Positions 46,468 through 56,161 of a stretch of 64,000 nt of DNA are shown piece by piece. Within the stretch, counting starts at the first letter, position 1. The number at the start of each line of letters is the position of its first letter. Source of the stretch: a virus; the IMG/VR virus record IMGVR_UViG_3300010354_000077. One strand, written 5' to 3'. A program made the position numbers and the translations under genes. The notes under the pieces are model-generated. The model was not told where the DNA came from, searched no databases, and worked only from the letters and a program-made list of their open reading frames with translations.

Positions 46468-47022
46468 ATGACAAATTTAAAAACAGTAATGCGCCCAGAA
46501 TCTTCTGCGATTCCTTTAAAACAAATGTGTGGAAGCATAAAAAACAGATTTACAGATGTAAAAACCTTTGTTGAAGTAGGTAGTTACATGGGAGAAAGTG
46601 CGGTGATTTTTGCTTCTGAATTTCCAGAAGGGAAAATATATTGTATAGACCCTTGGATTGGTAATTTTGATAATGCAGATTCAGCCAGTTTTTCAGATTA
46701 TTCTGAAGTAGAAGAACAATTTGATTTAAGAGCAAAAAACTTTAACAATATAGTAAAAATAAAAAAAATGTCAACCGAAGTTGACATGGAATGTGATGTA
46801 ATTTATATTGATGGTTGCCATAAATATGAATGTGTTATAGAAGATATAAAATATTGGAAAGATAAAGTCAAGTATGCAATCTGTGGACACGACTATTACG
46901 ATGACTATATAGACCAAATTCAACCTCACACAGCAGGAGTTAGAAAAGCGGTACTTGAATTATTAGGGCACCCACATGAAAGATTTGCAGACGGGTCTTG
47001 GATTTTTTATTTGAATCAATAA
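46468..47022 (+). CDS. Class-I SAM-dependent methyltransferase (TylF/CmcI-like O-methyltransferase)
   Basis: FVEVGSYMGESAVIFA (E-x-G-x-x-x-G-x-S) and YIDGCHKYE. Confidence 0.5.
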   Translation: MTNLKTVMRPESSAIPLKQMCGSIKNRFTDVKTFVEVGSYMGESAVIFASEFPEGKIYCIDPWIGNFDNADSASFSDYSEVEEQFDLRAKNFNNIVKIKKMSTEVDMECDVIYIDGCHKYECVIEDIKYWKDKVKYAICGHDYYDDYIDQIQPHTAGVRKAVLELLGHPHERFADGSWIFYLNQ

Positions 47023-47777
47023 AACAATTCCCAAATATCGTTATAGTGTTTGTAAGAATTTAGATTTCTTTCACGTAATCCACTAATTTCGGGTAAATTA
47101 TAACGCCATTCTGGTTCAACATTAATTGGTTTTGCCCCGTGGAAATGTATTATTTTTGCATCTTCATTTATCCCCCAATAAGGTTTCCAATTATAGGTGA
47201 CTGGTAATGGCGTTATTCTACCTCCATAGAGGTTATTATATAATGTTTGGTCCCAAACATACAGATTATCAAATTCTTTGTTAATATAATCTACCAAAAA
47301 TTCGTCGGCTTCTATAAAGTGCTTTACATTTATTAACATAACACCAGCGTTAACATAACTCCAGTTATGTATATCTGATTCTGGTGCTGCTGCAAAAAAT
47401 TCTGGTTTCAAGTCTAATAAATCAGAGTAGTCTCCTTTTTGAAAAACTACGTCATAGTCCGTATATAAAACAAAATCGTCATTAAAACCATACTTCCTAC
47501 AAAGAAATGGAATTTCAGTTCTTAAAAAAGTACCAGTGGCAATTGCCATACAGTCTTCTCGTTTATTCTTTTCAGAATTTAAAAAGGTATCATAACATCT
47601 GTGACGATGTTCGAGAATTGTAACTTCCTTTGGTAGATTTAATTCTTCTTTATTTCCATCATAGATAACGAAAACCTCGAAGTTGGTGTTTTGGACGGCG
47701 GATTTACAGGCAACTTCAAGCATTTTAATGTTAAGGGTCTTGCTTGTAAGGCTGTTTGTTGCTAAAAATAATTTCAT
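47016..47777 (-). CDS. Glycosyltransferase family 8 (glycogenin/LPS-glycosyltransferase-like)
   Basis: VLYTDYDVVF (DxD) and NAGVMLINVKHF (GT8 signature). Confidence 0.55.
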   Translation of the reverse strand: MKLFLATNSLTSKTLNIKMLEVACKSAVQNTNFEVFVIYDGNKEELNLPKEVTILEHRHRCYDTFLNSEKNKREDCMAIATGTFLRTEIPFLCRKYGFNDDFVLYTDYDVVFQKGDYSDLLDLKPEFFAAAPESDIHNWSYVNAGVMLINVKHFIEADEFLVDYINKEFDNLYVWDQTLYNNLYGGRITPLPVTYNWKPYWGINEDAKIIHFHGAKPINVEPEWRYNLPEISGLRERNLNSYKHYNDIWELFY

Positions 47778-47832
47778 GGTGAATAAATTTAATCAAATAT
47801 AGTGCATATATATTTATTTAAAAAGCAAAAAA

Positions 47833-48471
47833 ATGATTTCAGAAGACTACCCGCAAGAATTTGACTGGGAACACTTTAAGAGTTTAGATAATCTCAAGGA
47901 TATTGTCAAATATGCTACGTCGAAACTTGGACGGCCAAAAAAAGGTAGCAGCAGGTTGACATATTTGATAGACGAGGATAAAGTCTTGAAAATCGCTTAT
48001 AACAGGGTCGGTTTGGAACAAAACAGGATAGAAAGTAATGAGTCAATCCAAAGACTTTATGATGATGTTGTAACAAAATTATACGAATACGATGAAGAAC
48101 ATTTGGTTTGGTTGGAAATGGAAAATGTGAAGCCTTTCAGGAACATAAAACAAATGGAAAAATTCTTTGACGGGTATGATTTTTATGATTTTAAAAATTA
48201 TATGAAAGATTTCATTGAAGATATAGACGAAAGTGTGTTTGAAAAATTAAATGAAGATGAATTTATTTATCAAGTTTATAATCTTGTAAAGGATTATCAA
48301 ATGGTGTTAGATGATGTTACTCGAATTGATTCTTGGGGATATTCTAAACGGACAAACGGACCTGTTTTAATTGATTTTGGGTTAACACAACGAACTTACG
48401 ACACATATTACTTTAACAGGAAATCAAAAGATTTTAAAACAACAAACAAGAAACTATCCGATTACGAATAA
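47833..48471 (+). CDS. Hypothetical acidic protein
   Basis: 212-aa ORF. Confidence 0.45.
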   Translation: MISEDYPQEFDWEHFKSLDNLKDIVKYATSKLGRPKKGSSRLTYLIDEDKVLKIAYNRVGLEQNRIESNESIQRLYDDVVTKLYEYDEEHLVWLEMENVKPFRNIKQMEKFFDGYDFYDFKNYMKDFIEDIDESVFEKLNEDEFIYQVYNLVKDYQMVLDDVTRIDSWGYSKRTNGPVLIDFGLTQRTYDTYYFNRKSKDFKTTNKKLSDYE

Positions 48472-48511
48472 AAAAAAGCGCAAAGGATAAATCCGATGCG
48501 CTTTTTCTATT

Positions 48512-50599
48512 TTAGATTTTAACTTCGATTTCCTTAAAAACAAGGTCTGCATCAACGATGCCGAACTCGCTTTGAAGTTCCACCTTCGTATCATCAAATC
48601 CCTCAAGGTCTTTGAACCAACCGCGTGACAAAATAAGAGATATTGTTTTGTTCGCTATATTGTATTCCAACGACCTCTTCTGTGCAACCACTTTCTTTGT
48701 GAGGTCTCTGATTGTTTCACCTGCGCTTTCAGCATTGAGTGAAATCAAGTTGTTGACCATGTCACAATACTTCAAGATCATCTTGTCAGCCAGATTCAAC
48801 TTCTTGTTTTCGTCTCGCTTTTTCTGTGCGTTTGGAATTGATGGCAATGATGAAAGGCCAGCGAACTTGCATTCCAGATTCGGTGCCATATAAACATCTG
48901 TTGAGGGGGCTGCGGTGGACGGCGGATTGAAGCCGTTTTTGGTAATCCCCAACATGGTAAGGAAAGCATCTTTCTGCTCATCATTCGTAATCGAAACAGA
49001 TGGGTTCATCTGTTGGTCGAAATAACGAAAGACTTTTTGTGCCGCCTTCTGTTCCTCCAAAGAGAGATATTCTTTTGTAAACTCCGAAGCGTTAAGTGAC
49101 TGGAGCATGGACTTGTTAATAATCGGAAGCTCCGAAAAGTCAATCAAAACCACTTCTTTACCATTTACTGGTTCCAGTGTCTCCACAATAAGACCCAAAG
49201 AATCGAATTTTGCCCTTGTTTCGCCGTCCAACGTCACAGGCATCCTTGTGACATTAAGAATACCATCCTTGATGATATTATAAGACCGTGTGATGTGGGT
49301 CTCATATTCGTTCATCCCCCATTGATTGGCAGGAAGATTAACCACCTTACCTTTCAGTGAAACAGTAATATTCACATTCGCCCTTTCGGTGTTAAATGCG
49401 AGTGTGCTTAATTTTGCACAACCAGAAGAATCGTTTGGAATGAATTTGGGTTTAACCGCTTTATCCAAAATATCCTGCGCCTCTTCCACACTATCCGCTT
49501 CTGCCAGCAACCCCTTTATTTCGCCGTCCAACCCACTCTTCACAATCCTGCTAACACCGATTTTAGAGTAGTTAAATTTTGAATGATAGGTATAGATTTC
49601 ATTCTCGCCATTAGACAAATCATTCAGCATTTCAATTACATTGTACGCATTCGGGTCTACTTTGTAATCGGCTACATAACCTTTATCGAAAATCGGCCTC
49701 CTGCTGAAATACATATCAGCGACCATCTCTTTAAAAGAGAGCATCTTTTGTTTACCATAGGCTTTGGAATAGGTTTCAATCAATTCCGCATCACCCCGCT
49801 TGTAAAGGATTTCCTCTACCTTCTCGTTCATTCCGAGTTCAAAATAACCGTAGATAAGTGGAAGTTCGTCGGTGTTATCAGATGCCTCGCCATAGAAAAG
49901 GATTTCAGTGTCTCCAGCAACCAATGCCTTTCCATTTTCGACCTTATATCGGATGAATTGACCATTACTTGTGCCGAACACGTAATCTGCATCAATATCA
50001 GTGACTTCGATTTTGGGTTGAACAAGTGCTTTAAGACCTGTTTCGATTTGTACTGTCAGACTTTCAAAATCCCTTGCATTCAGAACCGACCCACCAGTCG
50101 TTTCAGCCATATTTTGAATCAGTTGGCTGTCAACGTAGTTTCCATATTCGATGAAGAAACTGGAATCAAATTTGTTTGCAATCTTGTGAAGATTTTCAAA
50201 GACTTCGTTGATTGGACAGTCGTTATTATAACCATCGGTCATAAAAACAAGGTTGTTCAAAAAACTTTCATCTACCCGCTGGAGTGCCAGTTTGAGAGGT
50301 TTTGCAAAGGCAGTCGCACCAATGGGTTTCAAATACTGGTCAATACCTTTTTTGATGTTGGAGAGTTCCACAGCAGATGTGATTTTGTAATTGTCAAACA
50401 CATAATCCGCTTGGCCATCCCCTGAAAACCAAATGATTGAGAGCTTGTCCTTCTCATCAATCAGTGAAGAAAGTTTGTTCTTCAATTCTTCTCGTAACTT
50501 CGGAAGGGATGAAGACATGGAGCCACTGCAATCCACACAGATAATGTGGTTGACATTCTTTGTGGGCGTTTCGGTAACTTTGTTAATTCGTTTAATCAT
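48512..50599 (-). CDS. Large protein with an N-terminal vWA domain
   Basis: HIICVDCSGSMSSSL (DxSxS), IWFSGDG and VFMTDGYNND. Four motif copies, including GLDGEIKGL. Confidence 0.55.
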   Translation of the reverse strand: MIKRINKVTETPTKNVNHIICVDCSGSMSSSLPKLREELKNKLSSLIDEKDKLSIIWFSGDGQADYVFDNYKITSAVELSNIKKGIDQYLKPIGATAFAKPLKLALQRVDESFLNNLVFMTDGYNNDCPINEVFENLHKIANKFDSSFFIEYGNYVDSQLIQNMAETTGGSVLNARDFESLTVQIETGLKALVQPKIEVTDIDADYVFGTSNGQFIRYKVENGKALVAGDTEILFYGEASDNTDELPLIYGYFELGMNEKVEEILYKRGDAELIETYSKAYGKQKMLSFKEMVADMYFSRRPIFDKGYVADYKVDPNAYNVIEMLNDLSNGENEIYTYHSKFNYSKIGVSRIVKSGLDGEIKGLLAEADSVEEAQDILDKAVKPKFIPNDSSGCAKLSTLAFNTERANVNITVSLKGKVVNLPANQWGMNEYETHITRSYNIIKDGILNVTRMPVTLDGETRAKFDSLGLIVETLEPVNGKEVVLIDFSELPIINKSMLQSLNASEFTKEYLSLEEQKAAQKVFRYFDQQMNPSVSITNDEQKDAFLTMLGITKNGFNPPSTAAPSTDVYMAPNLECKFAGLSSLPSIPNAQKKRDENKKLNLADKMILKYCDMVNNLISLNAESAGETIRDLTKKVVAQKRSLEYNIANKTISLILSRGWFKDLEGFDDTKVELQSEFGIVDADLVFKEIEVKI

Positions 50600-50629
50600 T
50601 GTTTAAAAAATTTTTGGTTGTTGTGTAGC

Positions 50630-50923
50630 TTATTGTTCGATTCGTTCAATAATTCCAGTAGCGATTAGTTTTTCATTTTCATAGAAGAAAACCTTTTGGT
50701 GTTGGACGGCGAATTGTGAAAAAGTGTCATTGTGTACAAGCACCCTAACACCTTCCATTCTGTCGCCTGGATAGTACGACCTGTAAAATGGCAAAGCGAT
50801 TTCGCAGGGAAACATTGGCCTGTTGTCTCCACTGCAAATAAAACAGTGGATAGACCCTTCAAAATTTTCTGTTCTGCCACCATTTTCAGCAGTAATGGTT
50901 GATAGTCTAACGTAGATTTCCAT
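50630..50923 (-). CDS. Small hypothetical protein
   Basis: 97-aa ORF. Confidence 0.4.
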   Translation of the reverse strand: MEIYVRLSTITAENGGRTENFEGSIHCFICSGDNRPMFPCEIALPFYRSYYPGDRMEGVRVLVHNDTFSQFAVQHQKVFFYENEKLIATGIIERIEQ

Positions 50924-50924
50924 A

Positions 50925-51320
50925 TTAATTCAAAATGGGTTTTTCAAGTATCCCGATTAAAAGTTGTTGGTAAATTCTAATTGATAAAATGTTTTGCTTT
51001 CCTTGAGAATCAGTATAACCAGTAATCAGGAAATTGTAATAATCTTCTGTCGTGATTATCATGTCGAGAACACCCGAAAGCGAATTATCAATGATTTCCC
51101 TAACAGAAAAAATTTTCTTTATGTTCTGGAAGTCATTGATAATGATGATTGTTACGGTGTCGTTTCGGAGGAGGAAGGTGGATGGCGAATTGTTTTGAGG
51201 GCAAATTTCTGTGGAAATCACATCGCTCCCCCAAACGCCTTTTTCAAATGCTGCATTGATTACCTGTCCGAGGGCGAAAAAAGGAAAAAACAGCAAGATA
51301 AGTAGTAACGTCTTCTTCAT
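50925..51320 (-). CDS. Secreted small protein
   Basis: MKKTLLLILLFFPFFALGQ signal peptide, with a TAtcTTTG promoter box just upstream at about 51341-51348 (minus strand). Confidence 0.45.
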   Translation of the reverse strand: MKKTLLLILLFFPFFALGQVINAAFEKGVWGSDVISTEICPQNNSPSTFLLRNDTVTIIIINDFQNIKKIFSVREIIDNSLSGVLDMIITTEDYYNFLITGYTDSQGKQNILSIRIYQQLLIGILEKPILN

Positions 51321-51340
51321 GTAATTAAATTTTGATGCTG

Positions 51341-51348
51341 CAAAGATA
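51341..51348 (-). promoter_or_regulatory. TAtcTTTG -7 box (minus strand) about 20 nt upstream of the 51320 start
   Basis: Plus strand reads gctgcaaagatacgg. Confidence 0.45.
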
Positions 51349-51385
51349 CGGTATTTAATAACGTAATGTAAACTATTTTTAAAAA

Positions 51386-52228
51386 TTATTTTATCATTTT
51401 CGGTTTGTCAATTGTTTCCATTTCAATTATTGCAAGAAATTCATCTTCATTATATCTGTCGAGTAGAAAATAAACATTCTTATATTCTTTATTAAGTTCA
51501 TTATTTGTATTCGATAATTTATTTATCAAATTTCTTTTAATAGAATTTTCAGTTTGAATCGCGAAAGTTTTTTTTATGAAAAAATTTGTACCAAGCATAT
51601 CATTAAAAGAATCTAATAAATCACTTACAGCTTCTTTAATATTTTTTAAATCTTGAACGGTCATATTATATTCATCTTCAACACCAAAGATTTTATAGTT
51701 ATAGAATCTTAATTCAGATTTGATAACAGTATTTTGATAACCTTGTTTTTTTAAAAATCTACTTAATGAGCCATCAAGATTTATTTCTCCTATTGGTTTA
51801 AATTTGTATTGGACTCCAAAATCTTTTATTTTGTTTATGTGTTTGTATTTTAAAAAAGCATATAACGGATGTGTTACATGGTTTAAATCTGGAGAAGATA
51901 ATATACCGTATTTTTTTATAAAAACAGAAGCCTCGTTTCTCCTTAATTCTAATTCAGATGGGTTAGGATATATTTTATATGGAGATAAAGTGTTATCTAC
52001 TCGTTTTATTATAAAATCTTCAACGGTTTTATTATCTGATTTATCAATAATTGAAGCTAAATATTCCTTCGCTTGATTTTCAGATTTAAATTGTTTACCA
52101 ACTATATAATTTTTTGTAAAATAATCTAAATCTAATTGGTCATAATTCAAACCATTACTTTCAAATAATTGTTTTTTAATTTTTTCGTTTATAAATTTGG
52201 CTATATTGGTGTTAGGTTTCATTTTCAA
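51386..52228 (-). CDS. Hypothetical protein (very AT-rich gene)
   Basis: 280-aa ORF. Confidence 0.45.
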   Translation of the reverse strand: MKMKPNTNIAKFINEKIKKQLFESNGLNYDQLDLDYFTKNYIVGKQFKSENQAKEYLASIIDKSDNKTVEDFIIKRVDNTLSPYKIYPNPSELELRRNEASVFIKKYGILSSPDLNHVTHPLYAFLKYKHINKIKDFGVQYKFKPIGEINLDGSLSRFLKKQGYQNTVIKSELRFYNYKIFGVEDEYNMTVQDLKNIKEAVSDLLDSFNDMLGTNFFIKKTFAIQTENSIKRNLINKLSNTNNELNKEYKNVYFLLDRYNEDEFLAIIEMETIDKPKMIK

Positions 52229-52268
52229 TATGCTTAATACTTTGTTATGTAATTTTTATAAATATATT

Positions 52269-52679
52269 TTAAACCAATCTTTTTTCCATCAATTGCAGGA
52301 TTTCTGATTTCTGGTGGAACGGGTTGAGTTGTTCCAAAGAATCAACCAGCAGCATTCCTTCCATATCTCGCACAAGTTGCCCACCCTTGTCAGATTTCTT
52401 ATTCGATGCAGAGTAATATGCTCCGAACATATATTTCAATGTAACGGGGTTTGGTTCGCCTGTGATTTCAAATTTAATCACCTCATTCATTTTTATATCT
52501 CCAGCAGTTTCCTTTGCCTTGTCTGAAGCGAATTTGAAATCCTTAAAAGATTTTTTGGTTGTCCTCAAAACCTTTGCTTTTTTATTTCTGGAAACTTGAA
52601 ATTCATCCCCTTCTTCGAGTTTGGCGAAGAGTTCTTGGATGTGGACGGCGGATTTTTCTCCTTGAAATTTGAATGACAT
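52269..52679 (-). CDS. Hypothetical protein
   Basis: 136-aa ORF. Confidence 0.45.
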   Translation of the reverse strand: MSFKFQGEKSAVHIQELFAKLEEGDEFQVSRNKKAKVLRTTKKSFKDFKFASDKAKETAGDIKMNEVIKFEITGEPNPVTLKYMFGAYYSASNKKSDKGGQLVRDMEGMLLVDSLEQLNPFHQKSEILQLMEKRLV

Positions 52680-53049
52680 ATTTATAGTTATGTTTGGAAA
52701 AGTTAGATTGCAATTGTTGCGTGAATTTATTGACTTCGCTTTGGATTTTCTTCAGATTCAAAGTAAACCAAAAGTCGTTTTAAAGACTAACAGAGAGGGT
52801 GTAAAAACTTACGCAAATTTTGAGTTCGGTAATGGAAAATCCAAAGTCAATGTCTATGTTAAAAACAGGTCTTTGGCTGATATAATGAGAAGCATTGCAC
52901 ATGAATTAGTTCACCAAAAACAATTCGAGGAAGGTCTTTTGGAAACCATGCCACAGGACATTGGTGGAAAAATCGAAGACGAAGCAAATGCTCTCGCTGG
53001 GCAGATGGTAAAAGCGTTCGGATATAAACATAAGGATATTTATGAGTAA
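52669..53049 (+). CDS. Small HExxH metallopeptidase-like protein
   Basis: MRSIAHELVHQKQFEEG. Confidence 0.4.
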   Translation: MNDIFIVMFGKVRLQLLREFIDFALDFLQIQSKPKVVLKTNREGVKTYANFEFGNGKSKVNVYVKNRSLADIMRSIAHELVHQKQFEEGLLETMPQDIGGKIEDEANALAGQMVKAFGYKHKDIYE

Positions 53050-53211
53050 GTTGAATTAAGGTTTTACACGTTTGAAAATGACTTTCTCGCCATCAATTAT
53101 TACAGTAGCTTGTTCATCTCTTTTGAGAATCTTAATTAGACGTAAAAGTGAGCCATCGCCCAACTTTTCAAGTTTTTTTGTGTGTTTTCCAATAGGAGCA
53201 TCCATTGTCTT

Positions 53212-53454
53212 TCAACTTTTAATTAACTGATTTTGTTTGTATCCATTTGTTTTGAGCCATTGGATTATTTTGTCTGCGGTTTCTGGGGTATAAAACCCCT
53301 CAAACCGCATATTTTTTGCGTAGTTCCCATTAACCGCTGGTTCATGCGCATTATCAAGAATGAACTGATAAAACGCACGAACCATTTCTTCGGTTTGAAA
53401 CTCTACTGAAATTTTTACCAAGTTTTTATCTACCTTGAAAAAAGAGTTATTCAT
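53212..53454 (-). CDS. Small hypothetical protein
   Basis: 80 aa, coupled to the upstream nuclease gene (ATGA overlap). Confidence 0.4.
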   Translation of the reverse strand: MNNSFFKVDKNLVKISVEFQTEEMVRAFYQFILDNAHEPAVNGNYAKNMRFEGFYTPETADKIIQWLKTNGYKQNQLIKS

Positions 53455-53984
53455 TTTTTGGGTTTATTTTGTTTCCTGAAAACAGAAGGCTTTATCTTTT
53501 CGCCGTCCACACCCCAAAGACCTACTTTATTAGCTTGAGCAGTTTTTTGAAGACCAAGATAAAAAGACCTTTCATTCTTTGTCATGTCATTAGAAACATA
53601 GTACCATGCCCAACCTTTAGTGATTAAATGGGTTGTCATATCAGTGGTACCAAGTTTCACCTTTGCCACCCTCCTGCCATAAAAGTCCCTGTATAACGTA
53701 TCAACAAGAACCCGTTTTTGTTTAATCAGAAGCCTTACAGAATCGCCAGCCTCCGTACCAAAAACCTGTGTGTGGGCAACATAGTTGGATTGAACTTCTG
53801 GTGCATCAGCGCCCCAAAGACGGACCCAAAAAGCCTTTTTTTCGCCGTCCATCAAGACCTTGTAACTATCACCATCATGCACAGCCATTACTGTTGCGTT
53901 TGGTTTAAATTGGATTGTGTCTTGGGATTGGACGGCGAATGTAAATCCAAGGATTAAAGAAAAGGTTAAAAGAATTTTTTGCAT
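53451..53984 (-). CDS. Secreted staphylococcal-nuclease-like thermonuclease (SNase domain)
   Basis: Signal peptide, then VHDGDSYKV...VRLWGADAPE (SNase motif). Confidence 0.65.
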   Translation of the reverse strand: MQKILLTFSLILGFTFAVQSQDTIQFKPNATVMAVHDGDSYKVLMDGEKKAFWVRLWGADAPEVQSNYVAHTQVFGTEAGDSVRLLIKQKRVLVDTLYRDFYGRRVAKVKLGTTDMTTHLITKGWAWYYVSNDMTKNERSFYLGLQKTAQANKVGLWGVDGEKIKPSVFRKQNKPKK

Positions 53985-53994
53985 TTGAAAAAAT

Positions 53995-54273
53995 TTAAAG
54001 ATATGTTTGTGTTAAGTACTGCATGGCAAGCGCAACCTCGACTGAAGATTTTAGATAATTGCAAAATGCCATCTGATATGTTTTTCCAGCGATGATTTGA
54101 ATGAGAAGAATGTTAACATATTCACCCTCAAATTCCAGTTCAAAGTTAAAGAATTTATTTCCCTTTAACCAAAAAGTCATTTTTGAACTGGAATTGATTT
54201 CGCCGTCCACCCCATAACCATCCTTCTTTGAAAGAAGGTTATCTACAAGATTTTTAATTTCTGTTTGTTCCAT
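53995..54273 (-). CDS. Small hypothetical protein
   Basis: 92-aa ORF. Confidence 0.35.
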   Translation of the reverse strand: MEQTEIKNLVDNLLSKKDGYGVDGEINSSSKMTFWLKGNKFFNFELEFEGEYVNILLIQIIAGKTYQMAFCNYLKSSVEVALAMQYLTQTYL

Positions 54274-54296
54274 TATCTACTGTTTATTAAGTAAAT

Positions 54297-54389
54297 ATGT
54301 TATTCTTGTAATCCTTCGTCTGCGGGGAATAAATAGTTGTAGATAAGAGCCAGAAGGCCACCAAAAATAAAAATAATAATAAACGCTTT
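54297..54389 (-). CDS. Unlisted 30-aa hydrophobic peptide (MKAFIIIFIFGGLLALIYNYLFPADEGLQE) with its own TAtcTTTG promoter
   Basis: Reverse complement of 54297-54389 read by eye. The -7 box lies at about 54414-54421 (minus strand). Confidence 0.25.
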
Positions 54390-54475
54390 CATAGTTAAAA
54401 AGTTTTGTTGACGCAAAGATAAAAGAAATTTCAGAAATTATCCAAAAAAAAATTGTTAATGAAATTTAAATTTCC

Positions 54476-54483
54476 TATATTTG
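54476..54483 (+). promoter_or_regulatory. TAtaTTTG -7 box about 20 nt upstream of the ATG at 54504
   Basis: tttcctatatttgaacatatttatttaatacctATG. Confidence 0.5.
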
Positions 54484-54503
54484 AACATATTTATTTAATA
54501 CCT

Positions 54504-55454
54504 ATGAAAACACAATTAACAATTATCCTGAAAAACCTTGGTCTTATTAAAAATGGTTATCCAAGTCCGTATGTATTAGTAGCCTGTGCGATGCTATTCC
54601 TGTCGGTACCATTCATCACAAAAATTCTTTATTATGATGAGGTCGCTGAAAAGCAATATCTGAAAGATGAGGAACTGATTGAACTGATTGTATCCGAATA
54701 TGATAGCCTCGAAACCACGGACATCGTATTAGTCGAAGAAGAGTATGATGAAAACGGTCAAGTATTGGCTGAAATTCGCGGGGATTTTGATGACGACGTT
54801 GTTAAGAGGAAATCAGAGAACGTGGATTTCAAAAAAATTCAGAGAGTTGTCAGAGAGCAGAAGAGTAAATCTGCCAACAACTTGACGAAACTTTTGATTA
54901 AGGCGCGTGAAGACAGTGATAATCTTACCAAATGGGATCACTTCCGTTTGCAAGTCTATCGCACTGCACTTAACCTGAAGAAGCGTTATCCTGAAATTGA
55001 TGGAACACCGTCTGAAATCTACCAGTGGAGTATGAAGACTTTTCATCAGGAGAGCAGGTACAACGGCAATGCAAGTAACCCGCATTCTTCTGCAAGGGGA
55101 ATTTTCCAAGCAATGGCTTCCACCAGAAAGGCACTGAATATGCCTGTGGGATTGACAGAGTTTGAGCAGGTTCCTTATTATGAGAAGTACATCATCATGC
55201 AGATTGAGGGACAAAAAATTAATCCAGAAAAGTTAGGTTCAGCACTTGACTGGTATCTGATTACTTTTTATCCGCGACTTGCAGACAAGGGAGACCATGC
55301 CAAATTTGCAAAGTGTAATGCTTTTGCTCGATGGGCTTGTAGTAAAGGTTGGAAAAAATGTAACTATCATGCCAACCAAGCCTACGACCTCGATGAAGAT
55401 GCTATCATCACAAAGGCAGAAATTGGAGAACACTTGATGAGGCCAAAGAAATGA
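54504..55454 (+). CDS. Lytic transglycosylase (SLT domain) protein with N-terminal TM helix; candidate endolysin or virion peptidoglycan hydrolase
   Basis: HQESRYNGNASNPHSSARGIFQAM matches the E-S...A-x-G-L/I-x-Q SLT motif. The ORF track start at 54453 is a TTG inside the promoter. Confidence 0.6.
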   Translation: MKTQLTIILKNLGLIKNGYPSPYVLVACAMLFLSVPFITKILYYDEVAEKQYLKDEELIELIVSEYDSLETTDIVLVEEEYDENGQVLAEIRGDFDDDVVKRKSENVDFKKIQRVVREQKSKSANNLTKLLIKAREDSDNLTKWDHFRLQVYRTALNLKKRYPEIDGTPSEIYQWSMKTFHQESRYNGNASNPHSSARGIFQAMASTRKALNMPVGLTEFEQVPYYEKYIIMQIEGQKINPEKLGSALDWYLITFYPRLADKGDHAKFAKCNAFARWACSKGWKKCNYHANQAYDLDEDAIITKAEIGEHLMRPKK

Positions 55455-55487
55455 CAAATGGCGGGGAATCGTTCCCCGCCATTTCTT

Positions 55488-56159
55488 TTATAGGTTAAAA
55501 ATTGTTTGAAGACTTATCCCCAAAACATTCATTCTCGCATATCGCTTTAGTTGTTCTGTCACATCTTGGTTATAATAGATTCCAGCGCCGACAGAAAAGT
55601 TATTGAAGCTCCTATATATCCCTGTTTCAAATCTGATTAGAGTACCAGATTGTTTAACTGGTTTTGAAACGAAGAATTTTTTCAGTTCATTTCTCGCTAC
55701 ATCATTTCTGACCGAGTTTACAATCGTAGCTGTCCCAAAGCCTTTATCTATTACATAGACGAATGATGTTTTACCTTGAATTGTCCAACCATTGTTTAGA
55801 AGGAAATCTTTTCTTATTCCTATCTCTCCTTTAAACATTGGTTTTTGGAGGGTGGACGGCGAAGTGGAAACTCCTGTGGAAATAAACAGTGGAATTTTTT
55901 CGTGCCATATTTCGCCGTCCACCCCAAAAACAGGATTAAAACAATACGATTGAACCCCATAGACTTCCTTAAATTCATCGAAGGTGAGATTATCATTAAA
56001 GGAAATAGCCACCAGCCGATAGAGGTTGTAAAGGGATGTTTGCTGATAATCTGTTTTGTGGAAAACAAACGCACTTCCGCCGTCCACCCCCAAATCAAAA
56101 TGAATTTGTGAAAATAGAACAGAGGGAAAAAATAAAAGAAAGAAAACAAGTTTTTTCAT
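55488..56159 (-). CDS. Secreted protein, possibly outer-membrane beta-barrel-like
   Basis: Signal peptide MKKLVFFLLFFPSVLFSQ; alternating pattern; C-terminal Phe-x-Leu end. Confidence 0.4.
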   Translation of the reverse strand: MKKLVFFLLFFPSVLFSQIHFDLGVDGGSAFVFHKTDYQQTSLYNLYRLVAISFNDNLTFDEFKEVYGVQSYCFNPVFGVDGEIWHEKIPLFISTGVSTSPSTLQKPMFKGEIGIRKDFLLNNGWTIQGKTSFVYVIDKGFGTATIVNSVRNDVARNELKKFFVSKPVKQSGTLIRFETGIYRSFNNFSVGAGIYYNQDVTEQLKRYARMNVLGISLQTIFNL

Positions 56160-56161
56160 GT

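Noticed and set aside
54453-54503. The TTG start at 54453 given by the ORF track for the SLT-domain gene.
   Set aside because: The first 17 codons overlap a canonical TAtaTTTG -7 box (54476-54483). The ATG at 54504 with appropriate spacing is preferred.
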